Assembly (NCBI GenBank): GCA_030390025.1
Contig: CM059432.1
Location: 76,262,001-76,326,000 of the forward strand
Length of the DNA stretch: 64,000 nt
Reading direction: 5' to 3'
Origin: Squalus acanthias
Lineage: Eukaryota
The notes below the pieces were generated by a model. It ran no database searches, was not told the origin of the DNA, and saw only the letters and a list, made by a program, of their open reading frames with translations. Shown in pieces: positions 59,455 to 64,000 of the stretch. A program made the translations under genes and the position numbers. Position 1 is the first letter of the stretch; each line of letters begins with the position of its first letter.

Positions 59455-61593
59455 GCACAGAGCGGAATTAAATGGAGTGCACTTAAACAGAGTGTTTCAT
59501 TTGGGAATTTGGAAAGAGTGGGAATTTCTGGTAAGTATTGGGTAAGTAGAAGCTGTAAATAGTGAAATTTAGTTTAGCATTTTGATTTAAACCTAGAACT
59601 TTAAAAACAGTAGTTAATAGAAGCTGCCTGCCAGTGGCAGTTAACTGTCAGTCAGCTGTAAGTGTTCGTCTTGAATAGGTGCTAATCACAGGGAGCAGGG
59701 GAGCTGAGTCAACACTTGTAAATTGGGTGAGGCTCCTAGAGTATAAAAATAAACAGTTCTGCAGAGCACAGAGCAGAATTAAACAGAGTGATCATAAGCA
59801 GAGCGTTTCATTTGGGAATTTGGAAAGAGTAGGAATTTGCAGAAGAGGGGGAAGGAGTTGTTGCTTTTTGCCTACACTACTTGTAGTGCTTTGTGTTACA
59901 GGTAGATATTTAATTTCATTACCCATAACTTAATCTAGATCAATTAAGCAGTCAAGAAACTAAACTGTAAACTAAGTTACTGAAGTACAAATTTAATTAA
60001 AGTTAATTAAATAGAACAAGGTCATATAGGGATGGCAGTGCAGGTGGTGTGCCTCAACTGCAGCATGTGGAAGTTCGTGGAGAGCATTCTGATTCCGGAC
60101 AACCACGTTTTCAGTAAGTGCCTGCATCTTGAGGAACTTCAGCTCAGAGTTGTTGCGCGGGAGTCTGAGGTGCAGACATTGTAGGGCATCAGGGAGGGGG
60201 AATGTTACCTGGATACTTTGATCCTGGAGGCAGTCACACCCCTTAGGTTAGGTAGTGGTATAGGTCTGGTTAGTGGTCAGGGACAGGAGGGTGTGACTGC
60301 AACTCAGGCAGGTAAGGGGACTCCAGGTGAAGTGCTGGAGGAGCCTCGGCATTTGTCCTTATCCAACAGGTATGAGGGTCTTGCTGTGTGGATGAGGGAA
60401 AAGCCTGCAAGATGGATGAGCAAGCTGACCATGGCACGATGGTGCAGGAGGCCATTCAAGTGGGGGGAGTGAAAGGGAATATAGTTGTGGTAGGGGGCAG
60501 TATAGCCTGAGGGATAGATACTGTTCTCTGCAGCTGCGATCAGGAGATAGGAAGGTTGTGTAGCCTGCCCGGTGCCAGGGTTAAAGACATCTCCTCGTGG
60601 CTGGAGAAGAACTTGGAGTGGGAAGGGGAGGATCCAGTTGTCGTGGTCCATGTAGGAACCAATGACATCGGTAGAACTAGGAATGAGGTACTGCTGAGAG
60701 AGTTTGAGGAGTTGGGGTCCAAATTAAAAAGCAGAACCTCAAAGGTAATAATCTCTGGATTGTTACCTGAGCCACACGCCAATTGGCATAGGAATCAGAA
60801 GATTAGAAGATTAAATGCGTGGCTCAAAGAGAGGGAAAAATAGAAATAAGTCAAAGCTAAAGGCACTATATCTGAATGCGCAAAGCAGTCGCAACAAATT
60901 AGATGAATTAATAGCGCAGATAGAAATTAATAGGTTTGATCTAATAGCCATTACAGAGATGTGGTTGCAAAGTGACCAAGGTTGGGAACTAAATATTCCA
61001 GGATACTTAACTTTTAGAACAGATAGGCAAAATGGAAAAGGAGGAGGGGCAGCCCTGATAATAAAGGATGGGATAAAGACAGTAGAGAGAAAAGATCTTA
61101 GCTGTGAAAATCAAGAACTAGAATCAGTTTGGGTGGAGCTAAGAAACAACAAGGGGCAGAAAACATTGGTGGGAGTTGTTTATAGGCCCCCAAACAGTAG
61201 TTGGAATGTAGGGCAGAGTATGAATCAGGAAATTAGAGGCGCATGTAACAAGGGTAATACAGTAATCATGGGGGACTTTAATCTACATTTGGACTGGACA
61301 AACCAAATTTGCAGTAATAGTGTGGAGGACAAATTCATGGAATGTATGCAAAATAGTTTTCTAGATCAGTATGTTGAGGATCAACTAGGGAACAGGCTAT
61401 TTTAGATCTAGTATTGTGCAACGAGAAATGGTTAATTAATAACCCTGCAGTAAAGGGGCCTTTGTGGAAGAGTGACCATAATATGATAAAATTTTACATG
61501 AAGTTTGAAAGTGATTTAGTTAAATCCGAAACATAGGGTCTTAAATCTAAACAAAGCAAACTACGTAGGTATGAGGGGCGAGTTGGCTAAGGT
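59455..61593 (+). mobile_element. 5' part of a CR1 LINE: repeated 5' UTR, decayed ORF1 (Zn-finger/coiled-coil plus SGNH esterase), endonuclease
   Basis: A ~70-bp direct repeat (about 59455-59527 and 59766-59838), MAVQVVCLNCSMW at 60032, SLPGARVKD...VVVHVGTND (60556-60843), and LYLNA...ITEMWL...GKGGG...VYRPPN...MGDFN (60815-61405). Confidence 0.88.
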
Positions 61594-64000
61594 ACATAGA
61601 ACATAGAACATAGAACAGTACAGCACAGTACAGGCCCTTCGGCCCTCGATGTTGTGCCGAGCATTGTCCGAGACCAAGATCAAGCTATCACACTCCCTAT
61701 CACTCTGGTGTGCTCCATGTGCTTATCCAATAACCGCTTGAAAGTTCCTAAAGTGTCCGACTCCACTATCACAGCAGGCAGTCCATTCCACACCCCAACC
61801 ACTCTCTGAGTAAAGAATCTACCTCGGACATCCCTTCTATATCTCCCCCCATGCACCTTATAGTTATGCCCCCTTGTAACAGCTGCCTCTACCCGAGGAA
61901 ATAGTCTCTGAACATCCACTCTATCTATCCCCCTCATCATCTTATAAACCTCTATTAAGTCGCCTCTCATCCTCCTCCGCTCTAAAGAGAAAAGCCCCAA
62001 CTCCCTCAATCTTTCCTCATAAGACCTCCCCCCCAAACTAGGCAGCATCCTGGTAAATCTCCTTTGCACTCTTTCCAATGCTTCTACGTCCTTCCTATAG
62101 TGAGGTGACCAGAACTGCACACAATATTCCAAATGTAGTCTCACCAAGGTCCTGTACAGTTGCAGCATAACCTCACGGTTCTTAAACTCAAACCCTCTGT
62201 TAATAAACGCTAACACACCATAGGCCTTCTTTACTGCTCTATCCACTTGAGTGGCAACCTTCAGAGATCTGTGGATATGAACCCCCAGATCCCTCTGCTC
62301 CTCCACGTTCCTCAGAACCCTGCCGTTGACCCTGTAATCCTTATTCAAATTTGCCCTACCAAAATGAATCACCTCGCACTTATCAGGGTTAAATTCCATC
62401 TGCCATTTTTCGGCCCAGCTCTGCATCCTATCAATGTCTCTTTGCAGCCTACAACTGCCCTCCACCTCATCCACTACTCCACCAATCTTGGTGTCATCAG
62501 CAAATTTACTGATCCACCCTTCAGTCCCCTCCTCCAAGTCATTGATAAAAATCACAAACAGCAGAGGACCCAGCACCGACCCCTGTGGCACACCGCTGGT
62601 AACTGGTCTCCAGTCCGAAAATGTTCCATCCACCACCACCCTCTGCCTTCTATGAGTTAGCCAGTTACTTATCCAATCGGCCAAATTTCCCTCTATCCCA
62701 CAACTCCTTACTTTCTTCATGAGACGACCATGGGGAACCTTATCAAACGCCTTACTGAAATCCATGTATACGACATCAACTGCTCTACCTTCATCTACAC
62801 ACTTAGTTACCTCCTCAAAGAATTCAATCAAATTTGTTAGGCAAGACTTACCCTTCACGAATCCGTGTTGACTATCCCTGATTAAGTTGCCCCTTTCCAA
62901 ATGGTCATAAATCCTATCCCTCAGGACCTTTTCCATTATCTTACCAACCACCGAAGTAAGACTAACCGGCCTATAATTACCAGGGTCATTCCTATTTCCT
63001 TTCTTGAAGAGAGGAACAACATTCGCCACTCTCCAGTCCTCTGGCACCATCCCCGTGGACAGTGAGGACCCAAAGATCAAAGCCAGAGGCTCTGCAATCT
63101 CCTCCCTTGCCTCCCAAAGAATCCTAGGATATATCCCATCTGGCCCAGGGGACTTATCGACCCTCAGGTTCTTCAAAATTGCTAAAACATCTTCCCTCAG
63201 AACATCTACCACCTCCAGCCTATCCACCTTTATCACACTCTCATCCTCAAGAACATGGCCCCTCTCCTCGGTGAACACTGACGAAAAGTATTCATTCATC
63301 ACCTCTCCTATCTCTTCTGACTCCATGCACAAGTTCCCACTACTGTCCTTGACCGGCCCTACCCTCACCCTGGTCATTCTTTTATTTCTCACATAAGAGT
63401 AAAAAGCCTTGGGATTTTTCTTGATCCGACCCGCCAAGGACTTCTCATGCCCCCTCCTAGCTCTCCTAAGCTCTTTTTTTAGCTCATTCCTTGCTACCTT
63501 GTACCCCTCAATCGACCCAACTGAACCTTGTTTTCTCATCCTTACATACGCTTCCTTTTTCCTCTTGACTAGACATTCAACCTCTTTTGTGAACCATGGT
63601 TCTCTCACTCGGCCATTTCCTCCCTGCCTGACAGGGACATACCTATCAAGGACACGCAGTAATTGCTCCATGAAAAAGCTCCACTTTTCGTTTGTGCCTT
63701 TCCCTGATAGTTTCTGTTCCCATCTTATACTCCCTAATTCTTGCCTAATCGCATCATAATTACCCCTCCCCCAATTATAAACCCTGCCCTGCCGTATGGC
63801 CCTATCCCTCTCCATTGCAATAGTGAAAGTTACCGAATTGTGGTCACTATCTCCAAAGTGCTCTCCCACATACAAATCAAACACTTGGCCCGGTTCATTA
63901 CCCAGTACCAAATCCAACGTGGCCCCACCTCTTGTCGGCCTATCCACATATTGTGTCAGGAAACCCTCCTGCACACACTGTGCAAAAACTATCCCATCCG
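61594..64000 (-). mobile_element. Young CR1 LINE inserted into the preceding CR1; continues beyond the window
   Basis: (TTCTATG)n tail at about 61594-61616, a 3' UTR and an uninterrupted ORF2. Confidence 0.95.
61680..63998 (-). CDS. CR1 ORF2 endonuclease/reverse transcriptase (5'-partial, more than 764 aa, no stops)
   Basis: TLDLVL...SDHN (end of endonuclease), [32 protein letters not shown] and FADDTK. The frame stays open to the window edge (DGIVFAQCVQE...). Confidence 0.93.
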   Translation of the reverse strand, partial: DGIVFAQCVQEGFLTQYVDRPTRGGATLDLVLGNEPGQVFDLYVGEHFGDSDHNSVTFTIAMERDRAIRQGRVYNWGRGNYDAIRQELGSIRWEQKLSGKGTNEKWSFFMEQLLRVLDRYVPVRQGGNGRVREPWFTKEVECLVKRKKEAYVRMRKQGSVGSIEGYKVARNELKKELRRARRGHEKSLAGRIKKNPKAFYSYVRNKRMTRVRVGPVKDSSGNLCMESEEIGEVMNEYFSSVFTEERGHVLEDESVIKVDRLEVVDVLREDVLAILKNLRVDKSPGPDGIYPRILWEAREEIAEPLALIFGSSLSTGMVPEDWRVANVVPLFKKGNRNDPGNYRPVSLTSVVGKIMEKVLRDRIYDHLERGNLIRDSQHGFVKGKSCLTNLIEFFEEVTKCVDEGRAVDVVYMDFSKAFDKVPHGRLMKKVRSCGIEGNLADWISNWLTHRRQRVVVDGTFSDWRPVTSGVPQGSVLGPLLFVIFINDLEEGTEGWISKFADDTKIGGVVDEVEGSCRLQRDIDRMQSWAEKWQMEFNPDKCEVIHFGRANLNKDYRVNGRVLRNVEEQRDLGVHIHRSLKVATQVDRAVKKAYGVLAFINRGFEFKNREVMLQLYRTLVRLHLEYCVQFWSPHYRKDVEALERVQRRFTRMLPSLGGRSYEERLRELGLFSLERRRMRGDLIEVYKMMRGIDRVDVQRLFPRVEAAVTRGHNYKVHGGRYRRDVRGRFFTQRVVGVWNGLPAVIVESDTLGTFKRLLDKHMEHTRVIGSVIA

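Noticed and set aside
62247..63759. Several long + strand ORFs (also 30897-31235, 31545-31865, 14544-15101, 16271-17206)
   Set aside because: Antisense shadows of CR1 ORF2 or the transposase, with no independent protein motifs.

Overview
Eukaryotic, repeat-dominated DNA with no recognisable host protein-coding gene. A cartilaginous fish (shark-like) source is inferred from the mix of CR1, L2 and CR1/Zenon-like LINEs and PIF/Harbinger DNA transposons. Roughly half of the window (about 31 kb by my boundaries) is Harbinger-derived. It includes one apparently intact autonomous element (15426-19591; transposase plus 3-exon Myb/SANT gene, TIRs, TCT target-site duplication), a sister copy with a dead transposase, an internally deleted derivative, five decayed two-gene elements and many MITEs. 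Most of the rest is CR1 LINE, often nested with the Harbingers, including one uninterrupted ORF2 running off the right edge. The most unusual signal is in the MITEs. Several divergent families share perfect hairpins whose stem sequences differ, an NRF1-type motif in a 49-51 bp hairpin, an E-box/CCAAT pair and repeated perfect AG|GTAAGT splice donors. They look like portable promoter/first-exon cassettes; this is a hypothesis. All coordinates were read by eye, no database searches were run, and boundaries of decayed elements are approximate.
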